Assembly (NCBI RefSeq): GCF_009914755.1
Contig: NC_060926.1
Strand: one strand, 5' to 3'
DNA from: the human T2T-CHM13v2.0 reference genome, Homo sapiens
Length of the DNA stretch: 64,000 bases
Shown here piece by piece: positions 30,651-47,907 of this stretch. Every line of letters starts with the position of its first letter. The stretch's first letter is position 1. The notes below the pieces were generated by a model. The model worked only from the letters and a program-made list of their open reading frames with translations. It ran no database searches and had not been told where the DNA came from. The position numbers were made by a program, and so were the translations under genes.

Positions 30651-32739
30651 TCTTTCTTTTTTTTTTTTTCCACTTAACTTTAGACTCTAATTCTTGACTC
30701 TCAGATTCTGTAATATGACCTTTTATAGTCCCTCTCCCCCAGGTAACTACCCACTAAATCAGTAGTTAGTGTCTGTAATTATCTGGGGAGGATAATGAAG
30801 GCCCATGTAAGAGAATTAATGAAAAAATTCCATGAATAAAATGGAGGTAAGGGGAATTGATTAATATTCCCTGTAACAAAATTCCATCATATAAATCTGG
30901 AACTACACTTCTCCTTAGAGATTTATACTAATATCTTATTCTTTGAACCTACTTAATCTTGATATTTTTTTACTATACTTAATGAGATACACAAATTCCA
31001 TTTGAATGCAGCACAAATTATTGGCTACATATGTTTTTAAGTTGGATCTTGAAACAAGCAGGAAGATTAACAACAAGACTGCCTATCTCTGTAATCTATA
31101 GTCTCAACTTAAATAACATACAACTCTAGGGCTGGCATGTGTACTGCAATTTCATAATATAGCTCATCAGAGCAGAAATTAACTCAGTGAAGGAGGTGAG
31201 AATTCAAGAGTTCAGAAGAAAAGTAAAACTGAAGAAAGATCCTGAGCATTTGACCTCACACAAATCAACCACAAATAACACTGACTAAATTTTATCATGC
31301 AAATTTCAAAATTAACAATTTAGAGCCTGAAAATCAACATCTTGTTACATGTACATATAAATTATGGAATCATATGGAAATAAAATAACACCCATAGCAA
31401 GGGAGCTCAGAAAGTATATTTAGGGCATTTGAAATTTACTTTCAGATGGAACGTGAGAATTCATTTAAAATTGTTCATTGACAGTTTGTAAATCATTTTT
31501 TCCTATCTTTATCTGTGTGGTACAGATGGGAGGCTAACATCTTCCAAATTCATTTCTCAGTTATACATATGTGTAAATTAGCCTGTGAAAACTACACATT
31601 TTATTCATATGCCTTATTAAATTCTGTCACAGCTGTTATTAGTACTGTTTTATATTGTCTAGTACTTGTAGAAATTGACAATGTAGGCCTGTGAGTTAGT
31701 CAAAAGACTTTTAAATGTCTGATCAAATGTCAGCAAACTAATGAAAATGCCTGAGTATATAAATATCCATGCACACACACACCACTAGCATTTTTATTCA
31801 TGTAAAAATGTATTCAATTTAGAAAGTGTCGAAGTATTCCATACGTTGTGTCAGCCCCTCTGGAAGTCCTCGTCTCCTGATGACAGTGACAGTCTCACTG
31901 TCTGTTTAGGTATCAGTCTAGTGGACTGAGATGGGGTGTCCTCTTCCCATCCCATAGACATTTTCCAGATTTATGTGAGGACAGAATGTTGGGCTTTCTA
32001 AGACAGTAGAGGCCTTCAAACTGAAAACCACTTTGTAATCTTCCTCCTGCCCATAATTTTCCTATTTAGAGAGTGCCCTCCCACTCTCCCAAGTTCTAAT
32101 AGAGCTCAGTTTCACTTCTGAGAAAGTAATCATTCTTGGGTCTTCCTTATGTTTCAACACTTGTAGATAATCACAATAGATCCATGGAAACTTGATGACA
32201 AAGAGCAAAAACAAGCAAAGTGACCACAGCAAATTTAGGCATAATGCTCATTGTGGAAAAGAGAAATTTTCAGGACCTTTTTTTCTTTAAGAATTGTACT
32301 TAGTAGAGTTGAATTATTTTTACAAAGTATTAACAACTTTTTCAATCCTCTTTTACATGCATTTTCCTGAAAACTCTAAGGAATCTAAATTTAAACCACT
32401 ATGATATTAAGGAAGAAGAATTATATTTACTGTATCTTGTGCTTCCAGCATGTAATTGGAAAGAAAAAGGCATCAAAAATGACAGTAATGACAAGGCATT
32501 CAGGCATTGAATTGGCATATTTGAAAGTTGTGACTTACACTGGATTAGCTGTCCTACAGCTTATTGTTGGTGAAGCAAAGGAAAACTGATTATAGTGTAT
32601 AATCTATACCAAATTGGACCATATTCCCTTAATAAATACTCGATTTTGGCACTTTCCTAATAGATTTAGTGTCTGGATTTGGGGGAGAGGTGGAACCCCT
32701 AAAGGATGAATAGATTTTTTGTCTAACTAGAGAAATAAT

Positions 32740-33290
32740 GGTATTCAACAAATACCGAGAACCTATATTTGTTATGCACAGTGCTGGCAGCTGTAGATGC
32801 CACAGTGAAGAAGCCAGAGCTCACCCTCTAGTGAGGAGAGAAATCAGGAAAGAGGCATCCCTGAGAAGAGTATAATAAAGGGCAATGATAGGGGAAAAAA
32901 ATGGTTTTTCAACTGGTCAAGAGTGGTATCATTCTCTGAGATAGGCAACATTGGGAAATGGAAGTGTGCTTACTGGGGAGTGCAGAAAGATGTATCCAGT
33001 TTGAGAGCGGTTCCTTCAAGATACCCAGGGGATATTCAAATGGAGATGTCTGGTGGACAGTTGAGTTTGCAAACTTTAAAGCTAAAGAGATATTTGAGCT
33101 GAAGAATAAGATCTAGGGAATTATCAGTTTTTGATCATTGAATCCTCGGGACTGGCTGAGTTCAACAGAGGAGAGTATACAGAGAGAGAAAAATAAACGG
33201 CCCAGGAAAGAAACCTTAAGGGTCACTACCATTCAAGGGGTGTGCTGGGGAAGGGAAGCCTGCGGGACAGCCTGAAAGGAGTATTATCAG
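32740..33290 (-). mobile_element. LINE-2 fragments
   Basis: ATTCAACAAATACCGAGAACCTAT...CACAGTGCTGG L2 tail on minus; GATATTCAAATGGAGATGTCTGGTGGACAGTTG. Confidence 0.6.
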
Positions 33291-33924
33291 TGGTGAAAGA
33301 CACTGCCGGCATGTCCCCACAGTACAGAGGGAACAGGGATCACCCTGCTGATATAGGTAGCCATCTATTACATCTGCTTGTAATTCACAGAAAATTTTAT
33401 CAGATAAATTTAGTTTCTACTGTGAAATATATGATTTATCAAATTGGGACAAACATCTAATTATTCACTTACCAAGACTTTATAACCAGGAACAAGTAGT
33501 ATTCTGTTTAGCTGTCAGTCTAGTGGGCTGATAGTGATCAGTACCTATCAATAGTGATAGATACTGTGGTGTGTAAGGTTTTTTTGAACCCTTCCTAAAC
33601 ATTGTCAGGACATTTACCAATAAACATCAATTTAAATTAATGTGGTCTATTTTATAAGAATGTATAATATAAAAATCATTAAACATTATTTTATTAGTTT
33701 CAAACTGATATGAGTCCCTCAAGTATTTTGATGACCCAAGCATACAGTATTATTTTTCATACTCTTTAAATGAATCAAAATCTATTCATTTGTCTTAAGA
33801 CCCAGGGAATATTTGAGACCAGTGTGTAGAATTAGGAAGAGATTCATTCCCACCAACATAAAAGATAAATTTCTAACAGTAAGTGTTGCCAATGATAAAA
33901 AGGCTCTTTTACGAAGTTCTCTAT

Positions 33925-34730
33925 TGTTTTCATAAACCAGCAACTATTTGGTAAGTATGTGCTATGTGCCTAGAACTATTATAAGTTCTGGGGAAAAGGG
34001 TATGAACAACATAGACGGGGCTCCTGCACTTGTAAGGCTTCCATTCTATTTGAGGGAGACAGAATATAAACACAATTAAAAACCTAAACATGTAAGAAAA
34101 AAATATCAAATAGTAAATGCTATTGAGAGAATTGAAAAAGAATATTGTGATTATACATGGCTTGTTAGATGCTGGTAGAAAAAAAATCCTCCAAAAATGA
34201 AGAAATTGATGATTTAGTGAGAGGGGAAGTTTAATTAGGAATGAAGTTTTTAGAAAATTAAAAGAGATTGGATCCAAATCCCGAGTTGAAGAATTTATAG
34301 AACAACTTTATAGAACAACTTCATCATAATAACAAAAGAGAAGAACTATTTGCTCCTGAGAACAGATTATGTGCATCTCTTCCTAACTCCACTTTAGAGG
34401 CTTCATGTTGGTATCCTGAGATTAGTATTTATACCACTGAAATTGGCAAATGATAGAAATAAGGGCTTTTAATTTTTTTGGACTACTGTTTGTTATACAT
34501 TTACCAACACATTAATGGAAACTGTATGAATAGGTTGATACAGTTCATCATAGGAAGATGGGGCATTTACTGCCTCATATCTACTTATTTCTATGAAGTA
34601 TAATGCAAGGTAATTAGCAAAAGGAGAACTGATTATAGTGTACAATATGACATATAGGAGTGACATATAGGATATTTGAGGCATTTAAATAAAATCTGGA
34701 TAGTTGTTGTTAATCAAGGCCATGTAGATT
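33925..34730 (-). mobile_element. LINE-2 fragments interrupted by MER63
   Basis: GCTATGTGCCTAGAACTATTATAAGTTCTGGGG L2 tail on minus; boundaries approximate. Confidence 0.5.
34345..34515. mobile_element. MER63A-like hAT DNA transposon fossil
   Basis: GTGCATCTCTTCCTAACTCCAC...GAAATTGGCAAATGATAGAAATAAGGGCTTTT...ACATTTACCAACAC follows the remembered MER63A consensus. Confidence 0.65.
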
Positions 34731-37334
34731 TGTGTATCTGGTAAAACTTTGAACTAGATGATACCAACAGACCTAAGACTATATGATTTTTATCATAAAG
34801 GTGATTGCTAAGAAACAACAAATTCTAGTCCACTTTTTGTCTCGAGTTTTGTAAATATGAATATAAGAATCACTTGCCACTTTTCTTATTTTAGTTATCA
34901 CTACTATTCAATTGCACACTAAGTTTCAGTTTGAAAAGTCTGTAATTCTGTGATTTAGAACTTGACTGCAATTTGGAAAAACCAAAAAACCAACTCAGAG
35001 ATATAAACAAGATATAGATACCTGAACAGTTGACATTATGAAACTGATATAAAAGCTTTAATTAGAAAAGCATCTTGAGCTAGTTCCATGTGTTTTTTTT
35101 TTTGGTGGTGGGGAGGGGTGTTGTAATTAATTTTTTAAATTGTTACCCTTTGTCAGTAGTTATTCTGTTATGTTCCTTTGGCTCCACATTGCAGTGCAAG
35201 TACTACGGGGTAGTTCAATATTTATTATTAGGAGCCTTTTGACAAGTGACTAGATAGATGAAAACTTCAATACTGAAATCTTACTAGATGAAAACATTGA
35301 AGTTTTATCAAAATGAAATTTGTAGAATATTTATTATTTCACCAACACTGTCTAGATGATCTTTATTCCTCAGTCACATACATTGTACGGAGTCAGGAGG
35401 CAAAAATGTAATACCAAATAGTGTTTCATGTGGTTTGTGGACAGTAGATGCAAATACTGAAAAGTCCACCTGTGCTGGGCTCTGTCTTCATGCTTCATGA
35501 TAAAGCCAGAGAAACATTTGTAAAGAGACCATTTTAGCCACTCCAGTTGTAAAATATTTCTTTAATCTCTCGTGACTTGCTTATGAGAGGGCTCCTTTGC
35601 AGGGAGACACTAATGTAGCTGATATCCCTGCCAGATCACCAATAGTTGAGTCTTAGGGCATTTCAAAGAGAGAGAATCTCCTCTCTTCTTCCTCGAGTGG
35701 ATAAAATAATTTTACTCCTACCCTAGAACCAGAGTACCAGCTGCCTGTCACTGTGTAGTAGTGATTATTTCCCCCAATTCCAGAACTGATTCGTATTCAA
35801 TTCAAATTTTTATCCCAGTTTCAGGTCTGTTTGTCGTGATCTGCATCTGGTCTACCCCAAGAAGTATTTCCTAGAAAGGACCCCATAAAACTCTTCGTAT
35901 CACTGCCCCAACTCCTCATAGAAGGTGTGCCAATTTGTAAACTAGGTGACATTTCATAAACATATCAGGATGTTTTGGCAGGAAAATTTGAAGTTTATGC
36001 AGCATGTTTAGGAAGTGGATTTTATCACTTGAGCATTGAGAGCTATATCTTTTCATAGCTCTTTCTAACTAAAAAATGCAAACCCTGGAAGTTATTATAG
36101 GAAGTTGCCTCTAATTGCTGTTTTGCCCTCTTTCTTGCTTGTGTGGCTCTCCACTTTATGGAAATGGGAATAGTGATAGGTACTGTGGTGTCTATTTAGC
36201 CTGTGCTTTAAGGGTCTAGAAACAGTCCAGTATGTCAGGGAATAACTTTAATGCAGTTAAGATAAGTTCCAAGATGATTCAGTAGAAGGAACAAGCTTAA
36301 TGTTCTCTAAGATTGCAAAGGTACTGTGAGGGAAGATTCTATTATTGTAATTTGGCTTTTAAGGTCTCAGGGGCCTGAGTATTTTCCATATCCTAATTTC
36401 TTGCATACTATTTCTAGAATAACTCATGAATGGACTGTGTGAATTAGTATCTGTGAGGAATCTTTCAAAATACAAATCATAAGGGTCTGGAACCTCCTTT
36501 CAATATGCACGTGAGTCTCACTGTCACTAGAAGGTGTTAGCCACACCCCTATAAGCAGATATTTAGGTAATCCTCCTTATTTTATTGAATGTAGGATGCA
36601 CTGATGCTGACATTTTCTTTAGCTTATCAAACGATTTTCACATAACTATAGGTTGACAGTGATTGTACAATTGCATTGCATTGCAAGATAAACCTTGTTT
36701 CAGAGAGATTAAAAAGTGAAAATATGTGCAGCTGAAAATCAATAGAATAAAGTAATGAGAGAGAATTTCCTGGACTACCCTAACACATTTACAAATTTGA
36801 TAAATAGCCTTTGAAGAATTGTTGCTGATAGTTTGGGATTGTTAATGAAATTTGTAGTCTTCAGATATGTGTTTGATCAACTGGAATGAAAAGAAAGAAG
36901 GGTACACTGTAATCTCTGGATTTTCTTCGTTGTGCAACGGAGCTTAAATCCTTAATACAGGATGGACATTCACCACCATCATTCATCCTACAAAAGAAAT
37001 TAATTGAATAAGTAGAAAAATATTCCTTTAAATCTTGGAGGCAACGTTGTCACCCTCTTATCCCTCAATTACAGTGTGTGAAATCTTGTTAGTATTTTAT
37101 TGAAGATGCTTTTATAGCTCTTTGTGATGTATTAAGCCAGAAAGCAATTTCTATTATATACTATGGTAGGTGCTGAACTGATGCTTGAGTTACTCTTTGG
37201 AAAAGCCCATTATGGAGCAGCTTTAACTGTCTCTAGCCCCAAGAAAACCAGTCTTTAGAGGCTGATTTCTTCAAACTGATGAAAATTCTGCCTGCTTAGA
37301 ATGGTAGCCACTCCATTCTAAACTGTTATTCAAG

Positions 37335-37545
37335 AGAAGTTTCTCAAACTTAACTTACTGACATTTGGAACTAGATACTCTACCTAGATGGGAGCCGTCC
37401 TGTGCACTGTGGGTGTTTAGCAGCATTGTTAGCCACTAGGTACCAGAAGCACCCATCTCCACAAAAGTGACAACCAAAAATATCTCTAGACATTGTCTAA
37501 TGTCCCCTGGGGCACAAAATTGCACCTCTGGTTGAGAATAATTGT
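37335..37545. mobile_element. MER20 hAT-Charlie MITE
   Basis: GTCCTGTGCACTGTGGGTGTTTAGCAGCAT...GTGACAACCAAAAATATCTCTAGACATTG...GGTTGAGAA. Confidence 0.85.
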
Positions 37546-38174
37546 TCTGGAGTGCTCTTTTCCAAGTTAAATATGCCCTGAGAGAATAAGGTGCTTTGAG
37601 AATTAGTTCTCATCTATGTGATTATAATGATCAAATATGAAACCAAAGGATAAATTAGTCAGGGGTTATAGAAAAACCATAAAAGCAGTAAAACAGATGC
37701 TTTCAGGTTCCGGACTCAATATCACAACATGAAGCTACACTATGAGATAACTAAGTGTCAGGGGTGGGTTTGAAGACAAGTAGGATAGCATATACCTATC
37801 TCACTCTGGGACATTTTCTGTAAAGAGAAATAAAACCTTTAGAAATGTGAAGAAACTTCCAAAAGAATACAAAATCTACTTTCTTTATTTTTGACTCTGT
37901 CTTGATCCTGTATATGTTTTCAGAGATGTTAAAAAAAAAAAAAGCAGCAAGTTTTTCAGCAAGACAGAGAATTACAACAAAGAGAAACAACAAATTCTGT
38001 GGTATAATTCAAATAAAAATATTGTTATAATAACATTATTGTTGCCCCATGAATGGTTTCCATCACATGAAAATATTTGTCATCCAGATGCTTGTCCACA
38101 AGTACTTTTTTTGTATATAAATAGCCTGTTCTTTAGTAATTCAATAGTTAAGCCATGATTGATTGTGGTTTCTC

Positions 38175-38300
38175 ATTTTATTTAAGATTTCTTTTTACAG
38201 CAGCTTTAGTTTCACAGCAAAATTGAGAGGATGGTATAGAGATGTTTCATATGCCCTCTGTCCCCACACTTGCATAGCCTCCCACATCATCAACATCCCA
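38175..38300 (-). mobile_element. L1MC/L1MD 3' end fragment
   Basis: GCAGCTTTAGTTTCACAGCAAAATTGAGAGGATGGTATAGAGA motif. Confidence 0.7.
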
Positions 38301-39033
38301 CTGTCCCTAATGCTGTGGTGTGAAAAACTAAGTTTGTCATCCCCTCCAACAATCAGTGCCCAGTTGGCACCAGTATGGAATGGCATCATGTCTCCCAAAG
38401 ACTGTTATAATAGCCGATTTACTACCTCCCTGCTTCCACCTTGTCCCTTAAGGTCTATTCTCCACTGTAACAGACAAAAAGATCCTGTTAACATCACAGC
38501 ATTATGTAACTCCTCTGCTCACAGCCTTCAATGGCTCCCCATATGACATAGAGGAAAAGTGAAAGACCATACAATGGTCTGTAGGGCCCCACCTCTCTGG
38601 TTTCATCTCGTATCACCTCTCTCCTTTGCATGCTCCTCTCCAGCTACATTGACCCCTTTGGTGTTCTTAGAACATACCAATTTTGTCTCAGGAATTTTGC
38701 ATCTGCTGTTTCTTTTGCCTGTAATGCTCTTCCAAAGATATATATGCATATGACTGCCTTGTCTTCTCCAAGTCTGCATTAATGTCACTTTCTTTTTTTT
38801 TATTGTATTTTCTTTTTTTATTATTATTCTTACACTTTAAGTTTTAGGGTACATGTGCACAATGTGCAGGTTAGTTACATATGTATACATGTGTCATGCT
38901 GGTGCACTGCACACACTAACTCGTCATCTAGCATTACGTATATCTCCCAATGCTATCCCTCCCCCCTCCCCCCACCCCACAACAGTCCCAAGAGTGTGAT
39001 GTTCCCCTTCCTGTGTCCATGTGTTCTCATTGT

Positions 39034-42848
<3,815 letters not shown>

Positions 42849-42911
42849 TATGACGATTGTTGGTTATTTGGCTCGTTAGTTGATGCAGTTTCTTCCTAGT
42901 CTCGATGGTCT

Positions 42912-43925
42912 TTACATTTTGACATGATTTTGCAGCGGCTGGTACTGGTTGTTGCCTTCCATGTTTAGCACTTCCTTCAGGAGCTCTTTTAGGGCAGGCC
43001 TGGTGGTGACAAAATCTCTCAGCATTTGCTTGTCTGTAAAGTATTTTATTTCTCCTTCACTTATGAAGCTTAGTTTGGCTGGATGTGAAATTCTGGGTTG
43101 AAAATTCTTTTCTTTAAGAATGTTGAATATTGGCCCCCACTCTCTTCTGGCTCGTAGAGTTTCTGCTGAGAGATCAGCTGTTAGTCTGAGGGGCTTCCCT
43201 TTGAGGGTAACCCGACCTTTCTCTCTGGCTGCCCTTAACATTTTTTCCTTCATTTCAACTTTGGTGAATCTGACAATTATGTGTCTTGGAGTTGCTCTTC
43301 TCGAGGAGTATCTTTGTGGTGTTCTCTGTATTTCCTGAATCTGAATGTTGGCCTGCCTTGCTAGATTGGGGAAGTTCTCCTGGATAATATCCTGCAGAGT
43401 GTTTTCCAACTTGGTTCCATTCTTCCCGTCACTTTGAGGTACACCAATCAGACGTAGATTTGGTCTTTTCACATAGTCCCATATTTCTTGGAGGCTTTGT
43501 TCATTTCTTTTTATTCTTGTTTCTCTAAACTTCCCTTCTCGCTTAATTTCATTCATTTCATCTTCCATCGCTGATGCCCTTTCTTCCAGTTGATCGCATC
43601 GGCTGAGGCTTCTGCATTCTTCACGTAGTTCTCGAGCCTTGGTTTTCAGCTCCATCAGATCCTTTAAGCACTTCTCTGTATTGGTTATTCAAGTTATAGA
43701 TTCTTCTAAATTTTTTTGAAAGTTTTCAACTTCTTTGCCTTTGGTTTGAATTTCCTCCCATAGCTCAGAGTAATTTGATCTTCTGAAGCCTTCTTCTCTC
43801 AGCTTGTCAAAGTCATTCTCCGTCCAGCTTTGTTCCATTGCTGGTGAGGAGCTGCGTTCCTTTGGAGGAGGAGAGGCGCTCTGCTTTTTAGAGTTTCCAG
43901 TTTTTCTGCTCTGTTTTTTCCCCAT
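42912..43925 (-). pseudogene. L1 ORF1 (RNA-binding protein), disrupted
   Basis: MGKKQSRKTGNSK start, in-frame stop at 43689-43691, remainder MELKTKARELREEC... Confidence 0.93.
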
Positions 43926-44818
43926 CTTTGTGGTTTTATCTACTTTTGGTCTTTGATGATGGTGATGTACAGATGGGTTTTTGGTGTGGATGTCCTTTCT
44001 GTTTGTTAGTTTTCCTTCTAACAGACAGCAGGACCCTCAGCTGCAGGTCTGTTGGAATACCCGACCGCGTGAGGTGTTAGTCTGCCCCTGCTGGAGGGTG
44101 CCTCCCAGTTAGGCTTCTCGGAGGTCAGGGGTCAGGGACCCACTTGAGGAGGCAGTTTGCCCGTTCTCAGATCTCCAGCTGCATGCTGGGAGAACCACTG
44201 CTCTCTTCAAAGCTGTCAGACAGGGACATTTAAGTCTGCAGAGGTTACTGCTATCTTTTGTTTGTCTGTGCCCTGCCCCCAGAGGTGGAGCCTACAGAGG
44301 CAGGCAGTCCTCCTTGAGCTGTGGTGGGCTTCACCCAGTTCGAGCTTCCCGTCTGCTTTGTTTACCTAAGCAAGCCTGGGCAATGGCGGGCACCCCTCCC
44401 CCAGCCTCGCTGCCGCCTTGCAGTTTGATCTCAGACTGCTGTGCTAGCAATCAGCGAGACTCCGTGGGCTTAGGACCCTCCAAGCCAGGTGGGGGATATA
44501 ATCTCCTGGTGCGCCGTTTTTTAAGCCCATCGGAAAAGCAGTCTTCGGGTGGGAGTGACCCGATTTTCCAGGTGCAGTCTGTCACCCCTTTCTTTGACTA
44601 GGAAAGGGAACTCCCTGACCCCTTGCGCTTCCCGAGTGAGGCAATGCCTCGCCCTGCTTCGGCTCGCGCACGGTGCGTGCACCCACTGACCTGCGCCCAC
44701 TGTCTGGCACTCCCTAGTGAGATGAACCCAGTACCTCAGATGGAAATGCAGAGATCACCCGTCTTCTGCGTCGCTCACGCTGGGAGCTATAGACTGGAGC
44801 TGTTCCTATTTGGCCATC
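43926..44818. promoter_or_regulatory. L1 5'UTR: internal sense promoter (minus) and antisense promoter (plus)
   Basis: Complete GC/CpG-rich L1PA 5'UTR, the most CpG-rich tract in the window; activity is inferred from family knowledge, not shown. Confidence 0.65.
44383..44601 (+). CDS. L1 ORF0 (antisense ORF), 72 aa, C-terminus frameshifted
   Basis: GCAATGG Kozak context; MAGTPPPASLPPCSLISDCCASNQRDSVG...RRFLSPSEK matches primate ORF0, then diverges. Translation not shown. Confidence 0.5.
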   Translation: MAGTPPPASLPPCSLISDCCASNQRDSVGLGPSKPGGGYNLLVRRFLSPSEKQSSGGSDPIFQVQSVTPFFD

Positions 44819-45639
44819 CTATCCCATTCTCTAATGTCACTTTCCAATGAGGCCTCCTCTGCCTTCTTTATATAAAGTTGCTGTCCCCCTCCCTCCCCAT
44901 TCTACTGCCTTTCTCTTTATCTTTCTCTTATTTTTTCCGCAAAACATGTAGCTTCTAATATATTAATTCCTTGTTGTGGTCTGTATCCTTCACTCCTCCT
45001 AAGAACAGAATTGAATGAAGACATACTTTTTACTGTTTTTTTCTCCTCTTATGTCACAAAAGCTTCATAAGGGCTATTGATGTATACTTATTGAATGGTT
45101 CCATAATAAGTTTCAGGGTAGGCTAGTGGCATCATTTGAAACTCATGAAAATAAGTAATGGATATTATAATCAAAATTTATTTTCAAAGTGCAAAATTCA
45201 AATAAGTTCTTGAAGTTTCAAGATATCTTGAGGACAGAGTTTCAAGTTATATTGAATATGGTCTGGTTTTTTTCTCTGTTTTCCCAAGAAACGAAGAAAT
45301 CAGATATGGAGAGGAATAATGGACAATTCAAGGAATTTCCCAGTGTGAAATATGAAATGTGGAATTTATTGAATGGTTTTAAATCATCATGATTTTGCAG
45401 TATATGTATACTTTATAGGAAAATATCAATCATTAAATTTAGCTTTTGGCTTTAATCAAATTGAGGAAAAAGAAATGTATCTAAAATTTATCATATATTT
45501 TGTACATTTACACTTTAGAAATGTATGTAAAATGTATTTCAAATATTTTATTCTTTGAAAAACATATTCTGAGAAGATAACCAATTTTTTTCATCTATAG
45601 ATGATATATATAAGAGAGACCCCCTTGGCCTACAGTTTA

Positions 45640-47907
45640 TCTTATCAGGGAAAATGAGACAGTGCCTGGCTTCCCAAGCCATGTGGGACACTGCCCAAGA
45701 AGCCCGCCAATTTCTCACCCCACCCAGAACACTGAGGGGATAAACACAGCTAAATAGTCTGTAGGCAGCTAGGAGCAGTGAAAAGGGGCATGGGCTCACA
45801 GAAACCAGGGTTCAGAACTCCACAACAAGCCGCAGATTCTAACTACCTGAGAGACTTCATGAAGAGGCTCATTGAAAAATCTCAGAGGATACATCACCTG
45901 CAGACTCCCTCCAAGCTAGCCTATCCATGCTTTCAGTACTCTGCATGTCTTATACAGCTGGCATCCTGTGTGTACACTAACTGATGGTGCCTATGAGCCT
46001 CTGAAGATTGTGCATGAGTTCATACAGACAGGCTTGACTCTGCTAGGTTGGAAGAAGGTGTCTAACCTGGAACACTTCAGAGCACTACCCTAGGAAAAAT
46101 AAACAGGAGGCTATCAGCCCCACCCTAGCTTTTCAGGATTTAGAGAAAACATGCAATCCTAAGAATTATCTTCCAAAGAGGAAAAAGGAGAGTAGAGTAG
46201 GCACACCCATAGAAAAAGTCTGAGACCTCCAAGTCTTTAGCCAAGCTGATGGTAGAAGTCTTTCTCTCCCAAAACCAGTCAATAAAGACTGGTAGAGGTG
46301 ACTGCGTCTTTAAATGCAAAAACAACAATGCAAGATTTCAAGGAACATACACACAAGAAAAATTAAGGAAGCATGATACCACCAAAGTAATAAAATAATT
46401 TTCCAGTAACAACCCCAAAGAAGTGGAGCTCTATGAACTGTCTGGCAAGTAGTTCAAAATAATTGTTTTAAGAAAGTTTAGCAAGCTATAAGCAAACACA
46501 GATAACTCAATGAAATAGGGAAAACAGTATACAAATAAAATGATGTCTAACAAGATAGAAATCATGAAAAAGAACCAAACAGAAATTCTGAAGCTGAAAA
46601 ATAGAGTAAGTGAAATAAAAAATACAATAGAGAGCTTTAATAGCAGGCTAAATTAAACAAAAGAAAGAATTTGTGAACTCAAAGACAAGTCACTATTCAA
46701 TCAGAGGAGAAAAAAAGAATGAAGAAGAGTGAATAAAGCTTCTGGGATTTTAGGACACCATGAAGCAAACCAATATACAAATTATGGGAGTTCCAGAGGA
46801 AGAGAGAGAGAGAAAGAATGTATATAGGCTGAAAGTGAAGGGATGGAAAAGATATTCCATGCAAATGACACCCAAAAAGGAGCAGGGATGGCTACACTTT
46901 TATCAGACAAAATAGACTTTAAGTAAAAAACTGTGACAAGACCAAGAAGGTCATCATATAATGACAAAGGATGTAACAATTATATATGCACCCAATGTTG
47001 GGACACCTAAATATACAAAGCAAATATTAACAGAATGGAAGAGAGAAATAGACAGCAATACAATAGTATTAGGGGACTTTAATAACCCCCATGGAAAAAT
47101 GTATAGATCATCCAGAAAAAAAATCAATAAGGAAACAGTGGGAGGAATAACACTGTGGGCCAAATGAACCTAACAGACAAATACAGAACATGCTATCCAA
47201 CAGCAAAAGAATACAAATTATTGTCAAGTGCAAAGAGAATATTCTCCTGTTTAGATCATATGTTGAGCCACAAAATAAGTCTTAACAAATTTAAGAAGAT
47301 TGAAATCATATCAAATATATTTTCTAACCACAATGGTATAAAAAGACAAATCAATAAGAGAAAAACTGGAAATTTTACAACTGTGTGGAAATTAAACAAC
47401 ACACACCTAAACAATATGTCAAAGAAGAAGTCAAAAATGACATTTAAAAATATCCTGAGACAAACAAAAGTGGAAAGACTATGGGATGCAGCAAAAGTAT
47501 TCCTAAGAGGAAAGTTCACAGTGATAAACACCTACATAAAGAAAAAGGAAAGATCTCAAATAAACAACTTTAAAGCTCAAAGAATTAGGGAAAAAAAGAA
47601 TAGACTTAGCACAAAGTAATTACAGAAGGAAGGAAATAATAAAGATTAAAGCAAAAATAAATTAGAGACTAATAAAAATAAAAATGATTGACAAAACTAA
47701 AAGTTGGTTTTTTGAAAAGATTGACATTTAGCTAGACTATTTTTTAGAAAAAAAGAGAAGACTCAAATAAATAAAACCATAAATTAAAGAAGAGATATCA
47801 CAATTGATACCACAGAAATACAAAGGATCATAAAAGACTTCTGTGAACCATCATACACCAATAGATTGGATAAACTAGAAGAAATGGATAAATTCCTGGA
47901 AACACAG
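45640..47907 (+). mobile_element. Old LINE-1 (L1M2/M3-type) 5' portion: 5'UTR, partial ORF1, endonuclease region; no 3' end
   Basis: ORF 46961-47167 IYAPNVGTPKYTKQILTEWKREIDSNTIVLGDFNNP (EN domain); ORF1-to-ORF2 jump near 46800-46820; homology stops at ATGGATAAATTCCTGGAAACACA. Confidence 0.85.

Noticed and set aside
34294-34319. 13-bp tandem duplication TTTATAGAACAAC
   Set aside because: Ordinary slippage event inside a decayed repeat.
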